A stretch of 64,000 bases of DNA from Candidatus Enterousia sp. (GCA_045648665.1 JAZROL010000006.1:179-64178); one strand, 5' to 3'; numbered from the stretch's first letter, positions 1 through 9,932 are shown. The notes: a model not told the origin generated them from the sequence alone. Numbers and translations are program-made.

Positions 1-132
1 ACTTATTAGAGTTGAATCTAGGCTATACCCTAAATTCATACAAAATATACTCTATTTCAACATATAATTCTTGATAATTTCAAATAGACTTATAAAATTA
101 TATGCAAGAAAATTGCTTAAAAGGATTACAAG

Positions 133-1158
133 TTGAACCAGTTAGTTATACATTATCATTTGGACAATGATTTACACGAGATGAACGCAAAAACTCTAAA
201 TCTGTGTGAAGCAAAATCCTTGATAATTATAGAAAAAGTTCTAAGCACTCTTGAACTAAATTTAGATATTCAACTTGTTGTTCGTTCTGAAGGCGGAATT
301 CGGGACATTCTTACTTTTCAAGCTAAGACCACTTTTGATAGAATATTTTTAGGGTTAATTTATCCTATATTGCTGAATATCATAATCAGTTTGGCAACAA
401 ATGCCATATCAAATCCGAAACAAGTAACATTATCAGACGATCAAATAAATCAAATTGCAGATGCTATTGCTGCACGAATAAAAGTAGCACCAGAACCAAC
501 AACCGAAGAAGAATTTTCCGCCAGTGAAAAACGCAAGGAATATTCAAAAAACATAGCAAACTATGTGCAACGTTTTAATAATGACGATAATTTAATTGAT
601 GATTTACAAAGAACCAAATCTGCTTTTTATAAAGCACTAGATTCAGATAATACGGTTTCTGCAGTATCTATAGAACAAACAAAATCAACTGATGATAAAA
701 TTGAATATGTAGAACAAGAAAAGGTGGAAAAGAAACAATTCAAAGATTTTATTTTATCCGAAGAAAAACTAGATCCTGTTGAAGACAGGGATGCGGTCAT
801 AGAAATTATATCCCCTGTTTTAGACGGAACAAAAAATTATAAATGGAGAGGTATCTATAATGGTCAAGAAATAGATTTTTATATGATAGATAAAGATGTG
901 AAAGCTAATATCGCAAAGGGTTTGACTAAATTTGGTGCAGGAAGCCTTATGTCTGGGGTATTAGAAATGAAACGAAAAAGAAATGAATCTGGAGAAATCA
1001 TAATTACAAATTATTCTTTAAAAGAAGCATTCACTATTCCAACCGATGACGGAGGTGAATTTATCACAAACAAAGGATTAAAAGAACGCCAAAAGATAAG
1101 AGATGCCCGTATGGCTAATCAACCTGAATTATTTGATTACCATGTTGATGAACATTGA
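133..1158 (+). CDS. Hypothetical protein (341 aa)
   Basis: Long ORF with a TTG start. One hydrophobic stretch (LGLIYPILLNIIISLA) is followed by an acidic/Lys-rich region. No motif recognised. Convergent with the Fic gene across a 3-nt gap. Confidence 0.45.
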   Translation: MNQLVIHYHLDNDLHEMNAKTLNLCEAKSLIIIEKVLSTLELNLDIQLVVRSEGGIRDILTFQAKTTFDRIFLGLIYPILLNIIISLATNAISNPKQVTLSDDQINQIADAIAARIKVAPEPTTEEEFSASEKRKEYSKNIANYVQRFNNDDNLIDDLQRTKSAFYKALDSDNTVSAVSIEQTKSTDDKIEYVEQEKVEKKQFKDFILSEEKLDPVEDRDAVIEIISPVLDGTKNYKWRGIYNGQEIDFYMIDKDVKANIAKGLTKFGAGSLMSGVLEMKRKRNESGEIIITNYSLKEAFTIPTDDGGEFITNKGLKERQKIRDARMANQPELFDYHVDEH

Positions 1159-1161
1159 TGT

Positions 1162-2220
1162 CTATTTATTCAAAATATAATAAACACCCTTAGTCGAGCC
1201 TTGTTTTTTCAAATGTCCTTTAGTCACAAGTGACTGCACAGCTTTACGAACTGTTTCTGGGTTCTTGTCGGTAGCAGTGATTATTTCAGCCATATTCATT
1301 TCTGACTTATCAGCAAACAGACCCAAAATCAACATTGGTGTAGCAGACAACTTATTACTGCCTGCTTGTTTCAATTTCTTTATTTTGTCTTCCAAATGTC
1401 TTTTCTGTTTTACCAGTGACGAGATAAAGAAAGTCAACCATGGTTCATAATTTACTTTATCCGTCCATATTGTTTTCTGGGTGCCACGTAATGCACGATA
1501 GTATGCATCTTTGCTGGCTTCTATGATAGATTCCATGGATGCGTATGGCATATAATCGTAGCCAGATTTCAACATCAACATTACTGTCAAGGCACGTGAC
1601 ATTCTGCCATTACCGTCAGAGAAAGGATGGATTGACAAGAAATGTACTATAAACACACCAATTGTAATGATTGGATGAAAATATCTATCACCCAATGTGT
1701 TATTGGTCCATTTAATAATTTCTTCCATTAATTTTGGTGTATCAAATGGGGTTGCGGTTTCAAATATAGAACCGATTTCATTACCATTTGCATCAAAAGC
1801 AGCAACTCGGTTAGAATCTTTCTTGTATTCGCCACGATGTCTTTCGTCTTTATCAGAATACGCCAATAAAGTCTTATGTAACTGTTTGATATAGTTTTCA
1901 GTTAACGGAATATCTTTATAATTATCAAATATTGTTGTCAACAAATCAGAATAACCTGCGACTTCTTGTTCATCACGGGTTGTAAATGATTTTTTATCAA
2001 TATGACTGAATAATTCTTCAATCTGTTCATCGGTCATTTTGTTGCCTTCGATACGATTAGAAGAACCAACGGATTCTATGGTCGCAATACGCTTCATAAC
2101 TTTCAATTCATCAGGGGATGGACGATCAAGCCCAGCTGCCCATAAACTGTTGAATTTGTCTATTTCTGAAATACCGTTCAACATTTCTGATGTAATTACA
2201 ATATCACGATTATTTGGCAT
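1162..2220 (-). CDS. fic: Fic-domain protein (AMPylase family), class II with intramolecular inhibitory helix
   Basis: Fic core motif HPFSDGNGRMSR (HxFx[D/E]GNGRxxR). Inhibitory motif SNRIEG ([S/T]xxxE[G/N]) lies N-terminal of the core. Winged-helix-like C-terminal tail. Confidence 0.85.
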   Translation of the reverse strand: MPNNRDIVITSEMLNGISEIDKFNSLWAAGLDRPSPDELKVMKRIATIESVGSSNRIEGNKMTDEQIEELFSHIDKKSFTTRDEQEVAGYSDLLTTIFDNYKDIPLTENYIKQLHKTLLAYSDKDERHRGEYKKDSNRVAAFDANGNEIGSIFETATPFDTPKLMEEIIKWTNNTLGDRYFHPIITIGVFIVHFLSIHPFSDGNGRMSRALTVMLMLKSGYDYMPYASMESIIEASKDAYYRALRGTQKTIWTDKVNYEPWLTFFISSLVKQKRHLEDKIKKLKQAGSNKLSATPMLILGLFADKSEMNMAEIITATDKNPETVRKAVQSLVTKGHLKKQGSTKGVYYILNK

Positions 2221-2234
2221 ATTTATACCTCTTG

Positions 2235-2327
2235 TTTTTACCAGATATTACCAGAAAAGCTAAAAAAGTCAAGAATTTTTACCAGATATTCCCAGATATT
2301 ACCAAATAAACAATATTTTTTACCAGA
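2235..2327. repeat. Three direct copies of TTTTTACCAGA, with extra CCAGATATT half-sites, in the divergent fic/ABC promoter region
   Basis: Read directly: tttttaccagatattaccaga (2235-2255), tttttaccagatattcccagatattaccaaa (2276-2306), ttttttaccaga (2315-2327). Confidence 0.5.
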
Positions 2328-2443
2328 AAATCACACATATTCCCCTCTTGTACGTTTGATTAAGCAAAATAAAAATATTTTATAACCCCATACAAAACAA
2401 CCAGAAAATATGATATAATACGTTGGTAATAAAGGTTGTGTTT

Positions 2444-4201
2444 ATGAAAAAAGATTCTTTTCCAAAGACTGTTCGTGGTTATTATTGGTTATGTTTACGC
2501 AAATTTCCTTGGTTCATAGGAACTGTTTTCGCCTGCACTGTTATTGGTCACGCACTTGAAATGGTATTTAGTCCATTGATTACTAAATGGATGGTTGAAA
2601 TATTTGAAAATGCTGTAGACAAGAATTTTGGTGATATTATACACCTGTTATGTTTAATGATTGTGATGATTTCAGGTGTTCCTTTGCTGAATACATTTAG
2701 CAGATATTTAATTGGTGCATATCAGCAAAAATTTAATCGTTATAAATTATATTTGATTTATAAACGTGTTTATGAAAACGATATTTCTTTCTTTTTGGAT
2801 AAATCTAGTGGTCAAATAATGTCAGATTGCCAAGCGGCTTATGATAATTTGCATTCGCTGACAGACGGCTTTTTTGGTAAAATGATTGGTATTTTACTTG
2901 GTTTTGCTTTAATCATTGGTTCTATGTTCACCATGAATATATGGTTTGTTATTACTTTGCTTGCATATGGGGTGATAAAACTTGGTTGGGAATGGTCTTG
3001 GAATCCCAAAATAGTAAAGAAAGAAAAAGAAGAAATGAAAGAATGGTCGGTTTATCGTGGTCTGCGTAGTGACAGTTTAAACAATGCTTTGGCGGTTAAA
3101 TATTTTGCAAATAATAAATTTGAAAACGGTTATCTGTATCATGGCCGTGATAAATTAATAGAACTTGTGCGTACCAGATATTTTCTTGAACGATGGAAAG
3201 ATTTTCCAATGGATTTATTATGGGCAGGTGTTCGTATATTCTTATTAATTTTATGCTTTGTTTTCATAAAAGACGGCACAATCAATTTATCTGATGGTGT
3301 GTTTGTTATGACTTCCGCTGCTGCAATAAATGGTGCTTTTTCTTCATTGAATCGAACAATTCAAGATTATACTCGTAATTTAGCACGTGCAACTACTGCA
3401 TATGATAATATAATTGTTCCTATCAATATACAAGATAAAGAAAACGCTAAAAATCTGAAAATCAAAAAAGCAACTGTTGATTTTGATAATGTATCGTTTT
3501 CGTATGGCGACAATCATGTATTTCATAATTTCAACCTGCACATAGATAATGCGGAAAAGATAGGTATTGTTGGGCTTTCGGGGGCGGGTAAAACCACATT
3601 ATGTAATTTATTGCTTCGTATGTATGATGTGGAATCTGGTTCTATCATGGTGGGTGATACAGATATTCGTGATGTAACCCAAGAATCACTTCGTAAAAGC
3701 ATATCTTTCGTTCCCCAAGAAGCAAATATGTTTAACAGAACTATCTATGAAAATATCAAATATGCAAAACCAAATGCCACACGTGCAGAAGTTATAAATG
3801 CAGCCAAGAAAGCCCATATCCACGAATTTATCGTAAAATTGCCACGGGGTTATAATACATTGGTTGGTAATAATGGAATTAAATTATCTGGGGGACAAAG
3901 ACAAAGGGTATCTATTGCACGTGCTTTGTTAAAAAATGCACCAATATTAATGTTGGATGAAGCCACATCTGCACTGGATTCACAAAACGAAGTAATGATT
4001 CAAAAATCGTTAGCCAATGCGATGCACGGTAAAACAACATTGGTAATTGCCCACCGTTTATCAACCCTGCGTAATATGGACAAGATTATAGTTATCAAAA
4101 ACGGTAAAATTGTAGAATCAGGCAATCATAAACAATTATTGCGTAAAGACGGTGAATACAAGAAATTATGGAACCTGCAAACATCGGGGTTCGTGTCTTA
4201 A
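2444..4201 (+). CDS. ABC exporter, fused permease/ATPase (MsbA/MdlB-like half transporter)
   Basis: Hydrophobic N-terminal half. Walker A GLSGAGKTT, signature LSGGQRQRV, Walker B ILMLDEATSALD, H-loop AHRLST. ATG 2444 preferred to the track's TTG at 2423. Confidence 0.85.
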   Translation: MKKDSFPKTVRGYYWLCLRKFPWFIGTVFACTVIGHALEMVFSPLITKWMVEIFENAVDKNFGDIIHLLCLMIVMISGVPLLNTFSRYLIGAYQQKFNRYKLYLIYKRVYENDISFFLDKSSGQIMSDCQAAYDNLHSLTDGFFGKMIGILLGFALIIGSMFTMNIWFVITLLAYGVIKLGWEWSWNPKIVKKEKEEMKEWSVYRGLRSDSLNNALAVKYFANNKFENGYLYHGRDKLIELVRTRYFLERWKDFPMDLLWAGVRIFLLILCFVFIKDGTINLSDGVFVMTSAAAINGAFSSLNRTIQDYTRNLARATTAYDNIIVPINIQDKENAKNLKIKKATVDFDNVSFSYGDNHVFHNFNLHIDNAEKIGIVGLSGAGKTTLCNLLLRMYDVESGSIMVGDTDIRDVTQESLRKSISFVPQEANMFNRTIYENIKYAKPNATRAEVINAAKKAHIHEFIVKLPRGYNTLVGNNGIKLSGGQRQRVSIARALLKNAPILMLDEATSALDSQNEVMIQKSLANAMHGKTTLVIAHRLSTLRNMDKIIVIKNGKIVESGNHKQLLRKDGEYKKLWNLQTSGFVS

Positions 4202-4215
4202 AAAAGGTTTTGATA

Positions 4216-5637
4216 ATGGCAAAATATGTACCAGATAACTCTTTGATAACAACCTGGATTGATTCAGAAAGAATTGAACCGTACCCGTTGATGGCGGTGT
4301 TTGAATTTGATAACAAACACTTGATATATGTTGGAACGAAACACAATTCTTTTGCTCATCCTGCACCAAAAAGTTTTGATGCCATAAATTATGCTTTTTC
4401 TAAATTTGATATTGACTGTGTCGTGACTGAATTTGAACATACATATAAAAATATTGAAGACAGATTTGATGTTGCAATAGGTGAAACAGGTATGAATGAG
4501 TTAGCGTATGCACCATATATTGCCAAAAAGAAATGCATTCCTTATATATTTGCTGATACTAATTTAGCAGATTGGATTAAGGTTTTAGATAAACTCTCCC
4601 ATGACAAAGCGATTATATTGCAAACTATGTGGATATTAAATAGTGCAGCAAAATATAAAAAACATTTTAAAAAGAACGACACTATTAAACATGCTTTTGA
4701 CAATGTTAAAACAGATTTATCTGAAATGGGTTTTGATATGCCATTAACGATGGAAGAGTTAAAAAAATGTGTAAAAAATGATTTTGGTTTTGATGTATCT
4801 GATGAAAATATATCTGATATATTGAATACAATCCCGAATTGGAACAAGCCAGATATAAACGGTCATATTACAAATCAAATATGGGCGGAAATAGGTCTGT
4901 ATTCACGAAACCCTTATATGTTAAAATCCATATTTAAAGCGATAAATAAATACGACAATGTATTGGTTACAATGGGTGCTGGACACTATGAAGAACAACG
5001 TCTTGCATTGGAAAAAGCGTTTGGCAATCCAAAATATATCCATAAATTTCCAACATCAAAACGTGTTGATATGGAACAAACAATGCAACCGTTATCACAT
5101 TTTCCGCAAATTATTGAAACACCAAGATTGGTGTTAAAGGTTATTTTACCAACAAATGCTAATTCTGAAGCAATGTTGAATATAATTGAACAAAATCGTG
5201 ATTATCTTGAAGCATGGCAAGGACATTTTGGTGCTTTGCATACCGTTGAAGAAGTTCGTAAAAAACTTGAACACAGATATTCTCAAATTGCCAATAATGA
5301 AGGTGTTTTATTTGGTATTTATAAAGATGATAATTTAATCGGGCGAATTCGTTTCTTTGATGTAAAAGATAATAGCTGTGAAATTGGTTATTGGTTAATA
5401 AAATCTGAAAATGGGCATGGATATATGAGCGAGGCTTTGCAAGCACTAGAATCAGAACTATTCAAATTTGGTTTCAAAAAAATCAAATTAGATATAGATA
5501 ATGGAAATACCCATTCCGAAAATATCGCTAAACGCAGTGGCTATAAACTAGAACAAAGATTACCAATGGCCAGTTATGCAAAATGTGTAGGCAAATGTGA
5601 TTCCTTGATTTATAGCAAAAATAAAGGTGAAAGATGA
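4216..5637 (+). CDS. Fusion protein: uncharacterised N-terminal domain plus C-terminal RimJ/RimL-type GNAT acetyltransferase
   Basis: C-terminal GNAT signatures (TPRLVLK..., GYWLIKSENGHGYMSEAL, NTHSENIAKRSGYKLE). The N-terminal ~290 aa contains MGAGHYE, weakly reminiscent of TraB/GumN. Start moved to MAKYVPD. Confidence 0.65.
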   Translation: MAKYVPDNSLITTWIDSERIEPYPLMAVFEFDNKHLIYVGTKHNSFAHPAPKSFDAINYAFSKFDIDCVVTEFEHTYKNIEDRFDVAIGETGMNELAYAPYIAKKKCIPYIFADTNLADWIKVLDKLSHDKAIILQTMWILNSAAKYKKHFKKNDTIKHAFDNVKTDLSEMGFDMPLTMEELKKCVKNDFGFDVSDENISDILNTIPNWNKPDINGHITNQIWAEIGLYSRNPYMLKSIFKAINKYDNVLVTMGAGHYEEQRLALEKAFGNPKYIHKFPTSKRVDMEQTMQPLSHFPQIIETPRLVLKVILPTNANSEAMLNIIEQNRDYLEAWQGHFGALHTVEEVRKKLEHRYSQIANNEGVLFGIYKDDNLIGRIRFFDVKDNSCEIGYWLIKSENGHGYMSEALQALESELFKFGFKKIKLDIDNGNTHSENIAKRSGYKLEQRLPMASYAKCVGKCDSLIYSKNKGER

Positions 5638-6353
5638 TGCGGTCTTCGAACACAGATTTTGCAAAGCAATATGAACCATTAAAAGAAGCCAAGGCTGAAA
5701 TTCAAAAGCAAATTGATATACTGGTTGCGAAAGATGCCAAGGCTAATTTGGCACGAATAAACGAACTGGTGGATAAACGTGATGCTTATAGGGCTGCCAT
5801 TATCAAATTGATAAACGAAGGTTCTGACAAAGCATTTGAAGAATATGCCAAGAAATTGTTTGATATGTCATTATATGTGATTGGGAAAAATCTATCTGGT
5901 TCTGCCGTCAAATTTGATAAATTATCAGCCGAAGAAAAACTTAGTTTCGCCCAAGAATTTATAAATCATATTGCTGCACGATTCAAAGTGACACCTAATA
6001 AGTTGGTCTATAAAGAAGATTTACCAGAAGGCATGGGTGCAGAATATGACGAAAAAACAGATAATATCAATATAAACAAAAACGATATGAATGGTTTACA
6101 ATATGTGACAGGAATGCTTTTACATGAATTCACACATTATCTGTATCACAAACACCCAGACAAAAGCCCAATAGGCAAAGAAAAAGCATTGGCTGCTGTG
6201 GCAGAAAGTTATAATGGTTATCGCAATCTGGACGAATATAAGCAAAAGCCTTTTGAAACCGTAGCATATTATGTCCAAGATTACTTTGAAAAACACAAGT
6301 TCTATGAACAATTGTTATCACTTATAACCCCAACCCCAGACCATGAAAGATAA
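5634..6353 (+). CDS. Putative zinc metallopeptidase-like protein (HExxH)
   Basis: HEFTH motif (LLHEFTHYLYH). Coiled-coil-like N-terminus. 4-nt overlap with the upstream gene. Confidence 0.45.
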   Translation: MMRSSNTDFAKQYEPLKEAKAEIQKQIDILVAKDAKANLARINELVDKRDAYRAAIIKLINEGSDKAFEEYAKKLFDMSLYVIGKNLSGSAVKFDKLSAEEKLSFAQEFINHIAARFKVTPNKLVYKEDLPEGMGAEYDEKTDNININKNDMNGLQYVTGMLLHEFTHYLYHKHPDKSPIGKEKALAAVAESYNGYRNLDEYKQKPFETVAYYVQDYFEKHKFYEQLLSLITPTPDHER

Positions 6354-6417
6354 GTCCATATTTTTGCTTAAACCAATTTTTTGTGATATAATATCCCTAA
6401 CAGGACTGGTTTAATAT

Positions 6418-8583
6418 ATGGATTTACAAGATATAAGCCTTTTACGTAGTGGAATAAAACACCTTATAGATGTGGATACACAACACAGCCTACGAGATAA
6501 GCAGGTAGAAGCATTTCGTGCCTTGGTATCTGGTAAATTTACAGACCAACAAATTGCCCACAGTTATTTTAAACTGCCTACTGGGTTTGGTAAAACGGTT
6601 ATGTTTGCAACAATGGCACGTGCATATTTTGATGCAATTGCTGCCGCTGGTGCTAAACGACAAAAAATAATAATAATTGTTCCACGTCTGTCCTTGATAA
6701 ATCAGACCAAAGAAAAGTTAGATAAATTTGCAGATCTTGTCTCTACTGAATACAGTGGTCGTGTGAAAGATAACAAAAGCGATATTGTCATAACTACATA
6801 TAATTCATTAGGAAGATTGTTCGGCACAGTTGATTTTAGTGAAGTTGGGTTGATTTTTGCAGACGAAGCACACCATATGCTGGGGGGTAAAATTTCTGAA
6901 AAATTGGCTTTTTATAATAAATTTGTGCCAATTATTGGTTTTACAGCAACACCTGAATATGAAGCAAATCGTGCTGTTGCTGATATGTTGACCACAGAGA
7001 TATTCGCAATGGATATCCCAGACAGTATAAAAAGCGGTATTTTAAGTCCTGTGAAAAACGTTTTGTATCGTTCCAGTATAGTTTGTGATTTAGAAGAAGT
7101 GCCTGCATTATCAAATGGTGATTTCGATTATGAAGCAATTACAACAAAAATAAGTCCTGATACTTTGGCAACAGAAATTGCACGTATTTATGCCGAAGGT
7201 GTTGATGAAGATACGGGAATTGAGTTTAGAAAACTGAAAGCAATTGTAAATTGCCCAAATGCCGAAATTGCTAATTTGCAAGCAGCCAAGATAAATGAAA
7301 TTATGGGACGTGAAGTTGCAATATCTTTACACAAAGTTGGTATTAGCAATAAGAAATATGATCGTTTACAGCAAGACTTTATCGATGGGAAATATACCAT
7401 TGCATGTCAGGTTGGAACAATGACCGAAGGTTTTGACGATGTGACAGTTTCTATGTGTATAAACTATCCAACACGTTCAAGGGTAAAAGCAGAACAAGCC
7501 GCAGGTCGTGCAATACGTATTGATGACAACAATTCAAATAAAATTGCTTTTGTTGTAGATACTATATTTAGAAATACACCAGAAGCCTCAAATGAAGATA
7601 TATTATATACTGTATCAAATTCTAAACAGGTATTATTCAAAGATATTGCAGGGGGAATGGTGCTTTATCCAAAAGACTTTCAATCCCAAGAAACACAACC
7701 TAAAAGCCCAAGAACTCGTAGTACTGGTAATGTAGAATTTGTAGATTTTGATTTGATTACAGACAGCACAACATTGATTGAATTAAATCGTAATGTCGAA
7801 GAACGTATCGCAAATAAAAATGTTAAGATAAAAACATCAGAATGGCAATCTGCCTTAGATTTGGCAAATGACGAAACATTCCCTATGAACACACAAAAAA
7901 TTATATCCCAAACAATGGAAAAATTACAATTTGATATACCAGATTTTATAAAATTAAAGAAAAGTGAAAACGGTTTGTTTTCTTTGTGTTTGCACCATGA
8001 TGGTCGTGAAATATTTCTAAATAAAGCTGGCATTAAATCATATCAAATCAAAACAGAAGAATGGTTATCTGCAAAAGATTTAAGAAAAGATCCATCTTTC
8101 CCAAGCGGTGACGAAAACAGAATTTTAAAAAAACTTGAAGAATTCCAATCACAAATGCCTGATTTTATACAGATCAAAAACTCAAGAGGCAAACCTTGTT
8201 TATGTCTAAGTCGTCATGGCAAAAAACAATTTATGGCGAAAGCAGGATTTATAGATTACCCGCCAAAAACATCAGAATGGCAATCTGCACTTGATTTAGA
8301 AAAAGACCCTACGTTTCCAATGACAAAAAGTGAAAAAATTTTACAAAATTTGAAATATTTCCAATCACAAATGCCAAATTTTATAGCAATACGTAAACCA
8401 AAAACAAGCAGTTCTTCTTTATGTCTTCATAGGGATGGCAGGGAAGAATTTTTAAGACGTGTACAAGAAAGCAAAACAAAATCTATGAAAAAGGCTGCAA
8501 CGGGTGTTGCTGCTGTAAATAATATCATAGAAACCAGTAAAACTGTTAAATCCACTGCAGACCCAGATACCCACCAAAAATAG
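6418..8583 (+). CDS. SF2 DEAD/DEAH-box helicase (ResIII-like) with C-terminal triple repeat
   Basis: Walker A LPTGFGKT, DEAH box FADEAHH, FTATP, motif VI QAAGRAIR. Residues ~470-683 form three ~73-aa repeats. Confidence 0.8.
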   Translation: MDLQDISLLRSGIKHLIDVDTQHSLRDKQVEAFRALVSGKFTDQQIAHSYFKLPTGFGKTVMFATMARAYFDAIAAAGAKRQKIIIIVPRLSLINQTKEKLDKFADLVSTEYSGRVKDNKSDIVITTYNSLGRLFGTVDFSEVGLIFADEAHHMLGGKISEKLAFYNKFVPIIGFTATPEYEANRAVADMLTTEIFAMDIPDSIKSGILSPVKNVLYRSSIVCDLEEVPALSNGDFDYEAITTKISPDTLATEIARIYAEGVDEDTGIEFRKLKAIVNCPNAEIANLQAAKINEIMGREVAISLHKVGISNKKYDRLQQDFIDGKYTIACQVGTMTEGFDDVTVSMCINYPTRSRVKAEQAAGRAIRIDDNNSNKIAFVVDTIFRNTPEASNEDILYTVSNSKQVLFKDIAGGMVLYPKDFQSQETQPKSPRTRSTGNVEFVDFDLITDSTTLIELNRNVEERIANKNVKIKTSEWQSALDLANDETFPMNTQKIISQTMEKLQFDIPDFIKLKKSENGLFSLCLHHDGREIFLNKAGIKSYQIKTEEWLSAKDLRKDPSFPSGDENRILKKLEEFQSQMPDFIQIKNSRGKPCLCLSRHGKKQFMAKAGFIDYPPKTSEWQSALDLEKDPTFPMTKSEKILQNLKYFQSQMPNFIAIRKPKTSSSSLCLHRDGREEFLRRVQESKTKSMKKAATGVAAVNNIIETSKTVKSTADPDTHQK
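7825..8466 (+). repeat. Three tandem ~219-nt coding repeats (73-aa module KT[S/E]EW[Q/L]SA.DL..D.[T/S]FP...F[Q]SQMP[D/N]FI...LCL.[H/R].G...F)
   Basis: Repeat starts at helicase residues 472, 545 and 617 (KTSEWQSALDL / KTEEWLSAKDL / KTSEWQSALDL). The matching DNA (aaaacatcagaatggcaatctgc...) recurs. Confidence 0.8.
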
Positions 8584-8630
8584 CAATCTGATAATCATAA
8601 AATATTCATTATATTTTTTTGTAATACTAC

Positions 8631-8659
8631 TTGACAAATAATATTTTTTGTATTATATT
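8631..8659 (+). promoter_or_regulatory. Sigma70-type promoter (TTGACA-17-TATATT)
   Basis: ttgacaaataatattttttgtattatatt read directly, 36 nt upstream of the 8695 ATG. GGAG RBS at 8685. Confidence 0.55.
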
Positions 8660-8694
8660 TTGGTCGTAACATAACAAAACCACAGGAGTTTATT

Positions 8695-9330
8695 ATGATA
8701 ACAGTAACACCAGGTGATTTAAAAGCAGTATATCAAGACGGCAAACCAATGTTTGTTCGCAAGACTTGGGAAGAAATGATGGAAGCATATGAAAAATGTC
8801 CATTAAAACAAAGATTGGACTTTTATCGTAGAAGTGCCCCAGAAGTATGCGACAGATTGGATTCTATCAGTAGATTGAGTGTCGAATTAGAAGATTTTTA
8901 TGTAGAAGATGGTGCTAATTGGGTTATTTTATATGCTTTGCCAAAAAGAAAGAACATAGCAGAAGCACGTAGACAAGAATATGCAGATATGGCTGCTGAA
9001 GATTTGCAAGGATTGGGATTTGATACAGTTTATAACTTCAAAGACCAAGGCAAAGGTTCTGGTTTGGCTGCTGCTGATATTGTATGTGAATACGATATTA
9101 AACAAAAACCATACACAATCACATCTGCACGTGTTCAGGATATGGTTGCATTGAACAAAGTGGTTCTCAACCCTGTTATCAAAATCGATGTTGCTCGTAA
9201 GTATGTTGACCCTGAAACAGGCAAGGAAGTAATTGAAAAAGTTCCAGCTGCTGAATTTAAAAAAGCAGTTAAGAAGTTCTTGGCTGAAAAAGGTATGCTT
9301 AGCACAGAACCATATCGTACACGTTATTAA
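8695..9330 (+). CDS. Hypothetical protein (211 aa)
   Basis: Clean ORF with RBS (caggag), a near-consensus promoter upstream and a terminator downstream. No motif recognised. Confidence 0.6.
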   Translation: MITVTPGDLKAVYQDGKPMFVRKTWEEMMEAYEKCPLKQRLDFYRRSAPEVCDRLDSISRLSVELEDFYVEDGANWVILYALPKRKNIAEARRQEYADMAAEDLQGLGFDTVYNFKDQGKGSGLAAADIVCEYDIKQKPYTITSARVQDMVALNKVVLNPVIKIDVARKYVDPETGKEVIEKVPAAEFKKAVKKFLAEKGMLSTEPYRTRY

Positions 9331-9367
9331 TGGTTGTCCAGCACATACAAGATAACACAAACAACAG

Positions 9368-9395
9368 ACCACCCGATTGGGTGGTTTTGTTATTT
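9368..9395. terminator. Bidirectional intrinsic terminator between convergent genes
   Basis: ACCACCC-gatt-GGGTGGT followed by tttgttatttg; an A-rich run on the other side. Confidence 0.6.
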
Positions 9396-9932
9396 GTTCT
9401 TAAACTTTGCAAAACAGTTAGTATCACGAAAGCGATTTTCGTATTTTAACCACCTGTCTTGTTTCAAAACTCCTTCTAATTCATATCCCAGTTTCTTTGC
9501 AACATTTACAGAATTCTTGTTCAAAACGTCATTATGAATTATAATTTTATTAAATCCGTTCTTGAATAATTCTTGTTCCAATACTCGTACAGATTCCATA
9601 ACATAGCCGTTGCCACGATAATCATTTGCCAGCCAATAACCAAGTGCTACCTTTTTATTGCCAGAATCAACTTCTACTGCTCCACACATACCAATTATCG
9701 TATCATTCAGAACAATCGCATATTCAAAAGCATCACCATTATCCCATTTCTTATCAGACGAAACAAGGAAGTTATAAGTATCTTTCACAGATTTAGTATT
9801 ATTTAACCATTGCATCCAAGGTAATAAATATTTCTTGTTCTGTATCAATACTTCATACATTAACTCTGCATTGTGCATTGATGGTTCAAGGTGTATTAAT
9901 GTGATTCTTTTACCTTTTAATACATATTTCAT
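9390..9932 (-). CDS. GNAT N-acetyltransferase (RimJ/RimL-like)
   Basis: ALGYWLANDYRGNGYVMES and NSVNVAKKLGYELEG motifs. Start moved to MKYVLKGKR (M19 of the track ORF). Confidence 0.8.
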   Translation of the reverse strand: MKYVLKGKRITLIHLEPSMHNAELMYEVLIQNKKYLLPWMQWLNNTKSVKDTYNFLVSSDKKWDNGDAFEYAIVLNDTIIGMCGAVEVDSGNKKVALGYWLANDYRGNGYVMESVRVLEQELFKNGFNKIIIHNDVLNKNSVNVAKKLGYELEGVLKQDRWLKYENRFRDTNCFAKFKNK

